Assembly (NCBI GenBank): GCA_965231215.1
Contig: OZ246423.1
Location: forward strand, 1,216,001 to 1,280,000
Direction of reading: 5' to 3'
Source: Candidatus Altimarinota bacterium
GTDB lineage: Bacteria > Patescibacteriota > Gracilibacteria > UBA4473
Length of the DNA: 64,000 bases
In this document: one piece after another, positions 37,265 to 47,427 of the stretch
Layout of the letters: the number at the start of each line of letters is the position of its first letter
Numbering within the stretch: the first letter of the stretch is position 1
Made by a program: the position numbers and the translations under genes
The notes under the pieces: generated by a model
Database searches by the model: none
The model's input: the letters and a program-made list of their open reading frames with translations, nothing else
What the model was told of the DNA's origin: nothing

Positions 37265-37762
37265 TCAGAAGACCAAATCACGAACAAAAGTCCGAATTTG
37301 ATTACTTATAAGTGTTATGTTTAAAGTTCCTGCAGAATCCTCTTTCAGAGAAATAGCATGCCAACCAAGAAGTGGTTTTTCAGAGTAAGCATCAATGTTT
37401 ACTATGTCTCCAGATTTTTTATTGAAAATAGCTAATTCATCGTCACTAAAAAGCTTGCTTTTTAATTGAGCTAAAGAAATTCCTTCGCCCCTAATATCAG
37501 AAAGGTGTGCGTGAGGGATTCTAAGCAGGTTTCTCACCCTGCTATTTACAAAAATGGCTGCTTCTCCCCAATTTTCCCAAATTCTATTTTCCACAGGAAT
37601 AGGGGTTGTTGTCGTAGTAAAGGATATAATAGTTTTATCAGTAGGAGATTCATTGATTATTGATGTTGCTAGATCAGCCCTTGAGATAGTATTATCATCT
37701 AGGTTGTATTTATAATCTGCTGTTGATGATCTAAACCGTAAAATTTCTTTGTTTGCCCCCAT
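37265..37762 (-). CDS. Hypothetical protein
   Basis: 165-aa ORF filling the gap between clpP and the ATPase B gene. Confidence 0.6.
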   Translation of the reverse strand: MGANKEILRFRSSTADYKYNLDDNTISRADLATSIINESPTDKTIISFTTTTTPIPVENRIWENWGEAAIFVNSRVRNLLRIPHAHLSDIRGEGISLAQLKSKLFSDDELAIFNKKSGDIVNIDAYSEKPLLGWHAISLKEDSAGTLNITLISNQIRTFVRDLVF

Positions 37763-38028
37763 TAAAAATCCTTTAAGTTCATTTTAAATAAGTAATTTAT
37801 AATGTAATTGTGTCAAATTTTACCCAAATAAACCTTCGAAAATTTTAATATGCGGATTTCAATCGTTTTGAAAAGCCTCTCCATTTCTCCATTAAAAACC
37901 TATGATGATAATTTTCGAAGGTTTTATTAAAAAAGTATGACAAAGTATAAAAAAAATCATCCAAACCTTTGACATACGGCTCTTGACTCATAGAATTCGC
38001 GAGAATTTACTTTTAAATTGCTTAAAAA

Positions 38029-39411
38029 ATGCAAAAAACCTACGAAAACATTCAGTCAATTGCCGGTCCAATCCTAGTCGTAGACGGAGTTGAAGGCGCT
38101 AAGTATGAAGAACTTGTCGAAGTAACTCTTGCCAACGGAGATAAAAAAATGGGAAAAGTGTTAGAAGTACATAAAAATCGAGCGATGGTTCAAATGTTTG
38201 AATCTACTCAAGGTCTTGGGACGGAAGGACTTAAGGCTAAGTTTCTAGGAAAGATTGCGACGCTTGGCGTTTCAGGAGACATGCTCGGTCGAATTTTCAA
38301 CGGGGCCGGAAAACCTATCGATGGTGGAGCCGAAATTTTGGCTGAAAAACACGTAGATATTGCGGGAGCTTCTATCAATCCTTACTCTCGAGAATTCCCT
38401 TCTGACTTTATTCAGACGGGTGTTTCTTCCTTGGATGTGATGAACACACTTGTACGAGGACAGAAATTGCCAATCTTCTCAGGAGCAGGTCTTCCCCACT
38501 CTGAGTTAGCCGTACAAATTGCCCGAAATGCAAAAGTGAACGATGGTTCAGAATTCGCCGTAGTATTTGGGGCGATGGGAGTAACCTTTGAAGAAGCCAT
38601 GTTCTTCCAAAAAGAATTTGAACGAACTGGAGCTATTGAAAAAGCCACACTCTTTATCAATACTGCAGCCGATCCAGTGGTTGAGCGTATTGCCGTTCCG
38701 CGAATGGCTCTTTCTTATGCTGAGTACTTGGCCTTTGAAAAAGAAATGCATGTACTGGTGATCCTGACAGACCTTACCAACTACGCAGAAGCTCTACGTG
38801 AAGTATCTGCTGCACGTAAAGAAGTTCCAGGTCGTCGTGGATACCCAGGTTATCTATACACGGATCTTTCTACTTTATATGAACGAGCAGGACGAATTAA
38901 AGGGAAAAAAGGTTCTGTGACTCAGATGCCTATCCTTTCAATGCCTGAAGATGATATTACACATCCCATTCCAGATCTAACGGGATATATTACTGAAGGA
39001 CAATTTGTACTAGATCGAGGCCTTCATCAAAAACAAATTGAAGCCCCTGTGGATGTACTTAAATCTCTTTCACGTCTAGCCGGTGCTGGAATGGGAGAAG
39101 GAAAAACGCGAGATGATCACTCAAAACTAAAAGACCAACTCTTTGCCTGTTATGCCCGTGGTAAAGATGTACGTGAATTAGCCGTGGTACTTGGGGAAAG
39201 TTCTCTTTCTGATATTGATAAAACGTACCTTAAATTTGCTGAAGAATTTGAAGCTCAATTCATCGGACAAGGGTTTGATTCTGATCGAAACATTATTGAT
39301 TCATTAGAGCTTGGATGGGAACTTCTAAGACCATTCCCTGTAACAGAACTTAAACGTATTAATCAGAAAACTATTGACGCGTTCCACCCAGATCACCGAG
39401 ACAAGAAGTAA
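38029..39411 (+). CDS. atpB: V/A-type ATP synthase subunit B
   Basis: [55 protein letters not shown]. Confidence 0.98.
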   Translation: MQKTYENIQSIAGPILVVDGVEGAKYEELVEVTLANGDKKMGKVLEVHKNRAMVQMFESTQGLGTEGLKAKFLGKIATLGVSGDMLGRIFNGAGKPIDGGAEILAEKHVDIAGASINPYSREFPSDFIQTGVSSLDVMNTLVRGQKLPIFSGAGLPHSELAVQIARNAKVNDGSEFAVVFGAMGVTFEEAMFFQKEFERTGAIEKATLFINTAADPVVERIAVPRMALSYAEYLAFEKEMHVLVILTDLTNYAEALREVSAARKEVPGRRGYPGYLYTDLSTLYERAGRIKGKKGSVTQMPILSMPEDDITHPIPDLTGYITEGQFVLDRGLHQKQIEAPVDVLKSLSRLAGAGMGEGKTRDDHSKLKDQLFACYARGKDVRELAVVLGESSLSDIDKTYLKFAEEFEAQFIGQGFDSDRNIIDSLELGWELLRPFPVTELKRINQKTIDAFHPDHRDKK

Positions 39412-39431
39412 TAGACAAAATACTTAAATAG

Positions 39432-39459
39432 AAAAAAGCTCCTCCGGGAGCTTTTTTTT
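39432..39459 (+). terminator. Intrinsic terminator
   Basis: aaaaaagctcc-tccg-ggagctttttttt. Confidence 0.85.
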
Positions 39460-39556
39460 ACCTCAAATATTATATTGAAGTTTGATAAAATTATTAAATT
39501 CTATAGGATCTGAGTAGCTGTTGCTCTTATAGCAAACTTATTATTTTTAGACCTAA

Positions 39557-40639
39557 ATGGCTTTTAAGAAAAAAATTCTCTTTCTCTATAATGGAGGAAC
39601 TATTGGGCAAGAATATCAATATGTAGAAGGAGAAAGAATCCTTTTTCCACCCAATAGCGGAGCAGCTTTTAAAAAAGTCTGTGCTCCTATAATTCAAAAG
39701 TTTGAGAAAAAATTTGAAGTTACCTTTGAGGTAATCACAACTAAAGATTCAACCAATATGATTCCCCCAGATTGGGAGATTTTAATTAATCGTATTGAGA
39801 AAGCGCAGGACGAGGAAGGCTTTGACGCTGTAGGCATAGCCCATGGGACCGATACGTTGCCCTACACAGGAACCGCTCTAGCGCTGGCTCTACACGGAAA
39901 AAATTCAGGATTACAAATTCCAATTTGTCTTACCGGAGCTCAAAATACTATATATGCCCCTGGTGGTGATGCTTTTTTTAATTTAGAAAACTTATTTCGT
40001 GTGTTAGAGGTAGCTATTGATAACGAAGTAGCCGAGGTATTGATCAATTTTTGGAGTCGAGTTCTTTTAGCGGTTCGAGTTACAAAAGTGAGCGAAAGCA
40101 ATTTTGATGCCATGAATTCAAAAGCTTTTCCCAATGTAGGGAATATTAATGCTACTGGTGTTAATTTAGATACTTCCCTGCTCCGGTTAAAATCTGATAC
40201 AAAATCTAGAAAACTAAATATTCAACCACACTTTGGAAGTGGAGTAGTTAGCTTTGATCTTTCGCCGGGGTTTGAACCGAGTGTTTTAAAAAATCTAATA
40301 AACAGCGGCGAGATATCAGCGATTATATTGCGTTCTTTAGGGGAAGGAAATGTTTGCTCAGAAGGGCCTTACAGTTTATTACCCGTGATAAAAGAAGCTA
40401 CGGAAAAACATAGAATTCCCGTTTTTATTGTAACTAAGTTTAGTGGAGGGAAGGTTTCTTCTTCTCACTATGAAGTAGGGTTAAAAGCTATTGAGGCTGG
40501 AGGAATAAGCTGTTATGATCAAACGGATGTAACGGTAGATGTAAAGGTTCGTTGGCTGATTGGTAACCAGCTTTGTAGTTCAATTGAAGATTTCAAAAAA
40601 GCTATGAAAACTAGTTTTGCTGGAGAAGTGACCGTTTAA
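39557..40639 (+). CDS. L-asparaginase (type I family)
   Basis: GGTI, DSTNM, HGTDT, LTGAQ. Confidence 0.93.
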   Translation: MAFKKKILFLYNGGTIGQEYQYVEGERILFPPNSGAAFKKVCAPIIQKFEKKFEVTFEVITTKDSTNMIPPDWEILINRIEKAQDEEGFDAVGIAHGTDTLPYTGTALALALHGKNSGLQIPICLTGAQNTIYAPGGDAFFNLENLFRVLEVAIDNEVAEVLINFWSRVLLAVRVTKVSESNFDAMNSKAFPNVGNINATGVNLDTSLLRLKSDTKSRKLNIQPHFGSGVVSFDLSPGFEPSVLKNLINSGEISAIILRSLGEGNVCSEGPYSLLPVIKEATEKHRIPVFIVTKFSGGKVSSSHYEVGLKAIEAGGISCYDQTDVTVDVKVRWLIGNQLCSSIEDFKKAMKTSFAGEVTV

Positions 40640-41325
40640 ATATTGATTTCTCCGGCTATATTTTGATGCATCACTTCATGAGTTTCTTTATACGAGAAGT
40701 GTTTGTTGGATTTGATCTTTATAGGCTGCAGCCAATTCTAGTTTTTGCCATTCAAAAATAACGAGCCCTGCAGAAATCAACGACATAATCAAAAAACTAG
40801 AACCCACAGCTAAGGGACTCTGAGGTTTTTCGAAAAAATTATGAACCTTTTCCCGAAAATTAAAATCTTACACTATGCAAAAGCGGTATTTGGTAAAGCT
40901 TTAGATAGATTGAGCTGTTTTTTTGAGAGGAAACTCTCCAATAACGTTAGATTCCATATAATTCCAAAATTTACGAACGCTTGCTTGCTCTAATAAGTTA
41001 TCGCTTCCAGTTCCAGTTAAGCCTTGTAACCCAGCGTGGTGTTTTGCCATGTTCATTTTAGCCTCAAGGGATGGAACTGAAAGTGACAGGATTGGAATCA
41101 CTGCTTGAACTTTTTGAATAACTTCTCCAAGAGCAGCTCCAGCCGCATATTTCCCAGTATCAGTACTTGCATCAACAAAAGGAGAAAGTCCGACAGGAGC
41201 AACAATTCCTTAAGTTGCTTAAACCTTGGACTAACATCTCTGTCTAATTCCTCATAAGTAGGAACTTTAGACTAAATTTCTTCTCCAAATTGAGATAGTT
41301 TTAATAATGCTTTAGATCTAGACAT
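40640..41325 (-). pseudogene. Possible degraded gene
   Basis: About 700 bp with coding-like fragments in shifting minus frames (ATG 41325 closes after 17 codons; ...GKYAAGAALGEVIQKVQAVIPIL...; 40901-41101). Confidence 0.35.
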
Positions 41326-41438
41326 GATTTTTAAGTGCAATTTATAATCTTTTTTAAATAATTAAATATTTTTGTCAAGTCTTGTTTTATATTTTTATAT
41401 ACCTACCTTTTACTTAATCACTTCATGATGCTCCTTAC

Positions 41439-41849
41439 ATGATTCTTATTGTGGCTTCCAAATTTGATAAATCAGACGCTCATGTCATTGATAAAATGAT
41501 AGAGAGAGCTATTGAAACACTCAAAATAGCTGGGGAATCGTATAAAGTGGTTCGAGTCCCTGGAGCGAATGAAATCCCAGTTACAATCAAACACTTGGTT
41601 CATAAACAGGAGGATAAATATACGGCTATAATAGCTTTGGGATGCGTTATCAAAGGGGACACTGATCACTACGAACTGGTTATAAAATCAGTGACCGAAG
41701 GGCTTACACAATTGAGCCTGGAGCTTGAAATGCCGATTATCCAGGGAATCCTGGCCTGCCAAAATAAAAAGCAGGCCGAAACCCGTATTTATCTGGGGGC
41801 AGAATATGCGGAAACGGCTCTTGAAATGAAAAAGTTGTTTGAAGCCTAA
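41439..41849 (+). CDS. ribH: 6,7-dimethyl-8-ribityllumazine synthase
   Basis: VPGANEIP, ALGCVIKGDTDHYE, PIIQGIL. Confidence 0.95.
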   Translation: MILIVASKFDKSDAHVIDKMIERAIETLKIAGESYKVVRVPGANEIPVTIKHLVHKQEDKYTAIIALGCVIKGDTDHYELVIKSVTEGLTQLSLELEMPIIQGILACQNKKQAETRIYLGAEYAETALEMKKLFEA

Positions 41850-42486
41850 AACTCCCTATAGTCTTCCCGATATTTTTGATCCAATAATGTCTTTCACTCC
41901 CCTTTCTGAATTTTATGAAACTTTTTCCCAAGGGAATTTTGTTATTGTCTTTGATGAGCATCGTGAAGCGGAAGGAGACTTTTTTATTCTGGCGGAAAAT
42001 ATAAAACCCGACGATATTAATTTTTTATTTGAAAAAGCAAAAGGAATGATCTGTGTAGCTTGTCATCACACGGTCATTGACCGACTTGGGTTTAAACTCA
42101 TGGTAGAGCATAATGAAAATGCACACGGAACCAACTTCTGTACACTAGTAGATGCCGCTAAAGGGATTACCACAGGGGTTTCGGCTTCCGATAGAGCTCA
42201 AACCATTCGGCTTTTAGCCAATCCTGAATCTAGAAGAGCTGATTTTGTAGTCCCTGGACACACAGCCCCGCTTAGAGCTGTAGAAGACTATACTCTTCGG
42301 TTTGGACACACGGAGGCGGCCATAGCTTTAGCCGAAAAATGTGAGGTAAATCCAGTAGTTATTGTATGTGAAATTTTAAATCAAGAAGGCGCAAAAGCTA
42401 ACCTAGAAGAACTCAAAAGGCTTGCCGAATCATCAAATATCCCTATGACCAGCTTGGAACTTCTGTGTAAAGATTTGGGGTATTAA
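41839..42486 (+). CDS. ribB: 3,4-dihydroxy-2-butanone-4-phosphate synthase
   Basis: REAEGD, GMICV, TTGVSASDRA, PGH..PL, GHTEAA, CEI. Confidence 0.93.
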   Translation: MKPKTPYSLPDIFDPIMSFTPLSEFYETFSQGNFVIVFDEHREAEGDFFILAENIKPDDINFLFEKAKGMICVACHHTVIDRLGFKLMVEHNENAHGTNFCTLVDAAKGITTGVSASDRAQTIRLLANPESRRADFVVPGHTAPLRAVEDYTLRFGHTEAAIALAEKCEVNPVVIVCEILNQEGAKANLEELKRLAESSNIPMTSLELLCKDLGY

Positions 42487-42555
42487 AATTTAAAGGGCAG
42501 TTATATCTGTCACACTCATTACTCGCTTTTCGTCTGACTATATGAAACAATCCCC

Positions 42556-43725
42556 TTGATGAAAAAATTTTTAATACTGGCTTTAGGGTTATTACTCCTC
42601 CCCTTTTCGCTTGGGGCTCAATCTCTCTCTGATACAGAAATTGGCAGTTTAGATTTTGATGCACTCGGATCAAATACCACACTGCGGATGGGAGAATTTG
42701 CAGAAATCGGAAGATTTAGGATCACCAATAGAGGGCGCAGAACACTTATGGTAGATAGGATTAGGCTTAGAAATTATGGCAACGCTCGACTAGATGAAAG
42801 CTTTGAAAATCTAGGGTTATACACGGGAACTGAAAAGATAAATGATGATATCCAAGTGTCTCGCAATTATATTACATTTCATGTGCCTTCTACATTTATA
42901 GATCGTGGAGATAGTTTAATCTTTACGGTTCGTGGTCAGTTAATCTATGCTAAAAGTAACAGACGTACGGTACAATTAGGGGTTCGTCGCAAAGAAGACA
43001 TTTTGCTTAAGGAAGCTAGTTCTGGATTTTTTGCTAACTGCCAAGTATGTGAAGGCGTGCGACTCAAAACCTATACGCTTCGATTGGGAGGACTAAATAT
43101 TGAACGGAGTAATTATAGACCAACTTATCGATATTATGGATCTCGAACCAATAGTTATAATCCATATTATGGCCGAAGAACTTACAGGTCTACAGACTCA
43201 GAACCACGATCTTATAACCGTAGAATTTCTACGCCAGTTGGGAGGCAGAGTTATAGTCCAGGATCAAAAGATATAATCTTTTTCTCTAGCCAGTTTAGTT
43301 CAAAAGTACCTATTGAAGCCGAAGGTATTTTTTTGGAAGTTAGTTCTGGAAATGTGAGTGATAAAAATGGGAATGGCATCGCCAATGAGATCCAAGACTT
43401 CAGTGAAACCTTTGCTGATTTCTCGCTTTTTGTGAATGGTGAATTTGTGGATTCCACAAATGGGTTTGAACGATTTAATGGCCGCACTGGACTAAGGTTT
43501 GATAGTACTTTTATTATTTGGCCAAGTTCGCAATTAGTTTTGCGTGGCAGACTTACAAATCAGGCTCAAACAGGAGACAAAGTAAGATTTAAACTCAACA
43601 GCAATGGGATTTTAGACCCTGTATATCGATATAACTACAGAAGTGTGCCTAGCGTAAATATCAATGGCGGATCTACGGCTCCCTTTAGAGAAGTTGAAAG
43701 CGATCTAAAAATAAATAGTCGATAA
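42556..43725 (+). CDS. Secreted hypothetical protein, two beta-rich repeats joined by a Tyr/Arg-rich linker
   Basis: Signal peptide (LGA|QS); two similar beta domains. Confidence 0.75.
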   Translation: MMKKFLILALGLLLLPFSLGAQSLSDTEIGSLDFDALGSNTTLRMGEFAEIGRFRITNRGRRTLMVDRIRLRNYGNARLDESFENLGLYTGTEKINDDIQVSRNYITFHVPSTFIDRGDSLIFTVRGQLIYAKSNRRTVQLGVRRKEDILLKEASSGFFANCQVCEGVRLKTYTLRLGGLNIERSNYRPTYRYYGSRTNSYNPYYGRRTYRSTDSEPRSYNRRISTPVGRQSYSPGSKDIIFFSSQFSSKVPIEAEGIFLEVSSGNVSDKNGNGIANEIQDFSETFADFSLFVNGEFVDSTNGFERFNGRTGLRFDSTFIIWPSSQLVLRGRLTNQAQTGDKVRFKLNSNGILDPVYRYNYRSVPSVNINGGSTAPFREVESDLKINSR

Positions 43726-43781
43726 TTTTTTTATATAAACAAAAAACAGAGAGACCCTTTTGATAAAGAGGTATTTACTTT

Positions 43782-44696
43782 TTAAGCATTAGGTCTTGGA
43801 CACTCATTGAAAAGTTTTTTGAGTTTCTTGCCTGAGTTTTTTAGACTTTTGACTTCAGAAGATTTCAGGTCTAACTCAACCACTTTTCGGACTCCTTTGG
43901 CCCCAATTTCACAAGGAATCCCAAGACAAACATCTTTGAGTCCATACTCACCATTGAGCTCTGTAGACACTGGTAAAATTTTACCAGTGTCTTGAAGAAT
44001 ATTTTCAATGATATCAGCGGTACAGGCTCCAATACCAAAGTAAGTTGAACCTTTTCCAGCAATAATTTGATACGCTTCTTTTCGGGTTTCCTCTTCTATT
44101 TTTTGCTTATCGTCCTTAGGAATTTTTTCTGATCCCTCCACTTGGCTCCAGGCTACAAATTCACTATCTCCATGCTCTCCCATAACCCAACCACTGATTT
44201 GTGAAATTGATTTTTTAAAGTACTCAGATAAGCGCCACCGTAACCGTGAAGAATCTAGTAAAGTTCCAGTTCCTAGTACTTGGTTGCGAGGCAATGTGAA
44301 TATTTCTCTCGCTAGTTGGGTCATGATATCTACAGGATTGGTTATCAGAATAACAATAGCGCTCGGCTTCATTTCCCCAATCATGTTTTTTATATTTTGT
44401 AAAATTTTGGCATTTCTTCCTAGTAATTCACAGCGGGTTTCTCCGGGGCTTTGTTTGGCTCCAGCGGTAATTACAAAAAAGTCACATTCCGATAAAATCT
44501 CATCTCCTAAATCAACTCCTTGAATTTTAGCTTTAGGTGAAAAAAGGAGAACATCTTTCAAATCTAAAACCTGAGCTTCTTCAAATTCTTGATTCATATC
44601 CGCTAGAAAAATTTCTAATGGTAGATTTTTGTGAATGAGGGCACTCGCAGTATGAGATCCTACATTCCCGGCACCGATGATAGCTACTTTTTTCAT
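43782..44696 (-). CDS. ldh: L-lactate dehydrogenase
   Basis: GAGNVG, ITAGAKQSPGETR, TNPVD, GTLLDSSR, GEHGDS, KGSTYFGIG. Confidence 0.93.
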   Translation of the reverse strand: MKKVAIIGAGNVGSHTASALIHKNLPLEIFLADMNQEFEEAQVLDLKDVLLFSPKAKIQGVDLGDEILSECDFFVITAGAKQSPGETRCELLGRNAKILQNIKNMIGEMKPSAIVILITNPVDIMTQLAREIFTLPRNQVLGTGTLLDSSRLRWRLSEYFKKSISQISGWVMGEHGDSEFVAWSQVEGSEKIPKDDKQKIEEETRKEAYQIIAGKGSTYFGIGACTADIIENILQDTGKILPVSTELNGEYGLKDVCLGIPCEIGAKGVRKVVELDLKSSEVKSLKNSGKKLKKLFNECPRPNA

Positions 44697-44704
44697 TATT
44701 TATT

Positions 44705-45001
44705 TTATTGAGGTTCGCGTTCTTGGATCCGTTTTGAAAGTTCAATAATCTTTCCCCAGATGAGAAGTAAATCTTCATTGGGGATAAGAGTATCAGTATT
44801 TTTATCTATTAAAGATTTTAACAACTCTTCTTCTCTTTCTAGATCATCAATATCTTTTCCAGTTTGTCTTTTAATTTCAGAAATTTCGACAGCCAACTTC
44901 ATTCGCTCATGTAAAAGTGAAAGTATCCCCGCATCAATTTCATTAATGCGTTCTCGTTTTTGATATAGGTCTTGGATCGTTGGATTTGATTGATCACTCA
45001 T
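44705..45001 (-). CDS. Chorismate mutase type II (stand-alone)
   Basis: RERINEID..IL.LL.ER......I..IK.......D..RE. Confidence 0.85.
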   Translation of the reverse strand: MSDQSNPTIQDLYQKRERINEIDAGILSLLHERMKLAVEISEIKRQTGKDIDDLEREEELLKSLIDKNTDTLIPNEDLLLIWGKIIELSKRIQEREPQ

Positions 45002-45675
45002 TTAAAATTTTTAGGCGCTAGTATTATAACAAATTCTCCTTTGGTATTGGAATCATTAAAGTAATTTTTTGCTTCCTCAATAGAGCCTCTCCAGATTTGT
45101 TCATGCATTTTGGTGAGTTCTCGCCCTATACAAATTTTTCTGTCACTGCCGAGGTATTCAGAAAGTTCATTCAATAACTTTGGAAAACGATGCACCGATT
45201 CATAAAAAACTTGAGATATCGAAGCCTCTTCAAAACTTTTAAGTAATGTTTGGCGACCTTTTTTGTGAGGTAGAAATCCATGGAAGGTAAAGCTATCAGT
45301 CGGAAATCCACTAGCAGAGATTAATGTCGTTAGGGCTGAAGCTCCTGGAATAGGAATAATTTTAATCCCTTTTTTGGCAGCGGTTTTTGTAAGTCTAAAT
45401 CCAGGATCAGAAATACAAGGAGTTCCCGCATCAGATATAAGGGCGCCTTGCGCCCCTTCTAAAATTCTTTCACAAATTTCTTCGGCCTTAGTGTCACTGC
45501 TTTGGGCGTGGTAGGAAATTACAGGGGTTTGTATGTAATACTTTTTAAGAAGTATCTGGGCATGACGCGTATCTTCTGCGGCTATGAAATCAACAGATTT
45601 TAATATTTCAACAGCCCGAAAAGTTATATCAGATAAATTTCCAATAGGAGTCGCCACAACATAAAGTTCAGCCAT
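44998..45675 (-). CDS. rsmI: 16S rRNA C1402 2'-O-methyltransferase
   Basis: LYVVATPIGNLSDIT.RA, AEDTR, SDAGTPCISDPG, RELTKMHE. Confidence 0.97.
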   Translation of the reverse strand: MAELYVVATPIGNLSDITFRAVEILKSVDFIAAEDTRHAQILLKKYYIQTPVISYHAQSSDTKAEEICERILEGAQGALISDAGTPCISDPGFRLTKTAAKKGIKIIPIPGASALTTLISASGFPTDSFTFHGFLPHKKGRQTLLKSFEEASISQVFYESVHRFPKLLNELSEYLGSDRKICIGRELTKMHEQIWRGSIEEAKNYFNDSNTKGEFVIILAPKNFK

Positions 45676-45903
45676 TCTTCAATAGAATATCAATAATATT
45701 TTGGCTTGTCCAGAGCTGGGTATATGCAAATGAAATATCAATAGCTAGGCAAACTAGAATAATTAGAAAAGTAAAAAAATTTGCGTTTTAAAACAAATTA
45801 TGAAGAATGAAAGATACCTTTAAGAAAACCTTAAGGTTTTTTATACATAAAAAAATAAAAAATGCGCCTCAAGAGGGTGGTTTGTTTGCATAACTTTTTA
45901 TAA

Positions 45904-47376
45904 ATGAAAGAAATTTGGTCATCACGTTGGGTCTTTATATTAGCTGCCATTGGAGCCGCTGCAGGTTTAGGAAATTTATGGCGTTTCCCCTACATGGTTT
46001 ATGAAAATGGCGGGGGTGCTTTTTTATTTGCCTATCTTTTGATTCTCTTTTGTTTCGGCCTACCACTCGTGATTATGGAAGTGGCTTTTGGTCAAAGAGC
46101 CCAGACAGAAATTGTACAAGCTTATAATAATGTAGCAGGCAGAATAGGAAGGTTTGTTGGATGGTTGGTGATATGTATTATCGCTTTAGTTATAGGATAT
46201 TATGCAACCATTGTAGCCTGGGGAGTAGATTTCTTTATGGCGAGTCCTACTTTGGCGTGGGGCAATGACGCACAAGGGTTTTTTAATGAGAGAATTCTTA
46301 ATTTGTCAGCCGATGTAGATACCTGGGGTGGTTTTTCTCGCCCTGTAATACTGGGCCTTATAATGACTTATTTAGGAGTCTATTTTTCTATTTACAAAGG
46401 AATAAAGTCAGTAGGGGCTGTGGTAAAATGGACCGTTCCCCTCCCCTTTGTGTTGTTGTTTATCCTCTTTTTAAATAGTTTATCTCTAGAGGGAGCTATG
46501 ACTGGTTTTGCCTATTTCTTGGTACCAGATTGGAGCCAGTTAGCCGAGCTTACGCTCTGGAAGGAAGCCCTTTCTCAGGCGTTTTTCTCTATGAATATTG
46601 GGTTAGCGTTGACGATTATGTATGCGAGTTTTAATCCTCAAAGACAATCGATTATGCAGTCAGGGATTTTGATTGCTTTGGGAGATGCCTTGGTCAGTAT
46701 AATGGCTGGATTGGCTATATTTGGAACTTTAGGATGGATGGCTCATAGCCAAAGCATGAACATAGAATCCGTAGTAACGGCTGGTCCGACATTAGCTTTT
46801 GTAACCTTCCCAACGGCGCTTTCGCTGCTTCCATTTGGAGCCAAACTTTTTGCAATGATGTTTTTCTTAGCCATCTTGATGTTAGCTATAGATTCACTAT
46901 TTGCAATGGTGGAATGTGTTTCAGTGACGCTTCGAAGACAGTTTCCAGTACTAACAAAATACAGCCGTGAAAGATGGACTCAAATGCTATGTGTCGTGTG
47001 TTTTTTGTGGTCACTTTGTTTTGCTGGAGGAAATGGGTTGTATCGCTTAGATATTTTGGATCACTATTTATTTGCTCATTTATTCTACCTCGGGATATGG
47101 CTTCAACTCCTAATTATTGGATGGATGCTGCCGATAGAGAAACTCCGTTTGTACATTAATCATGTTTCTAAGTCTGAGATACCTGAGGTTTTTAATACAT
47201 TAGTTAAGTATATTGCCCCAACGGTATTTATGCTGCTCTACTTTTCGACTTTTAGAGAAGAAATAGCTTTAGATTATGAAGGCTACTCAAAAAAAGCGCT
47301 GCTCTGGTGGGGGCTATTCCCTATGTGTTTAGCGGTAGGGATTTCCTGGATACTCTCGTCTGAAGAAACTAAATAA
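45904..47376 (+). CDS. Sodium-dependent transporter (NSS/SNF family)
   Basis: GAAAGLGNLWRFPY..YENGGGAF, QAFFS, GPTLAFV. Confidence 0.96.
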   Translation: MKEIWSSRWVFILAAIGAAAGLGNLWRFPYMVYENGGGAFLFAYLLILFCFGLPLVIMEVAFGQRAQTEIVQAYNNVAGRIGRFVGWLVICIIALVIGYYATIVAWGVDFFMASPTLAWGNDAQGFFNERILNLSADVDTWGGFSRPVILGLIMTYLGVYFSIYKGIKSVGAVVKWTVPLPFVLLFILFLNSLSLEGAMTGFAYFLVPDWSQLAELTLWKEALSQAFFSMNIGLALTIMYASFNPQRQSIMQSGILIALGDALVSIMAGLAIFGTLGWMAHSQSMNIESVVTAGPTLAFVTFPTALSLLPFGAKLFAMMFFLAILMLAIDSLFAMVECVSVTLRRQFPVLTKYSRERWTQMLCVVCFLWSLCFAGGNGLYRLDILDHYLFAHLFYLGIWLQLLIIGWMLPIEKLRLYINHVSKSEIPEVFNTLVKYIAPTVFMLLYFSTFREEIALDYEGYSKKALLWWGLFPMCLAVGISWILSSEETK

Positions 47377-47427
47377 TAAATACGCGCTATAATTTAAAGA
47401 AATCTAGAGACAGTAAAACAAAATTCT

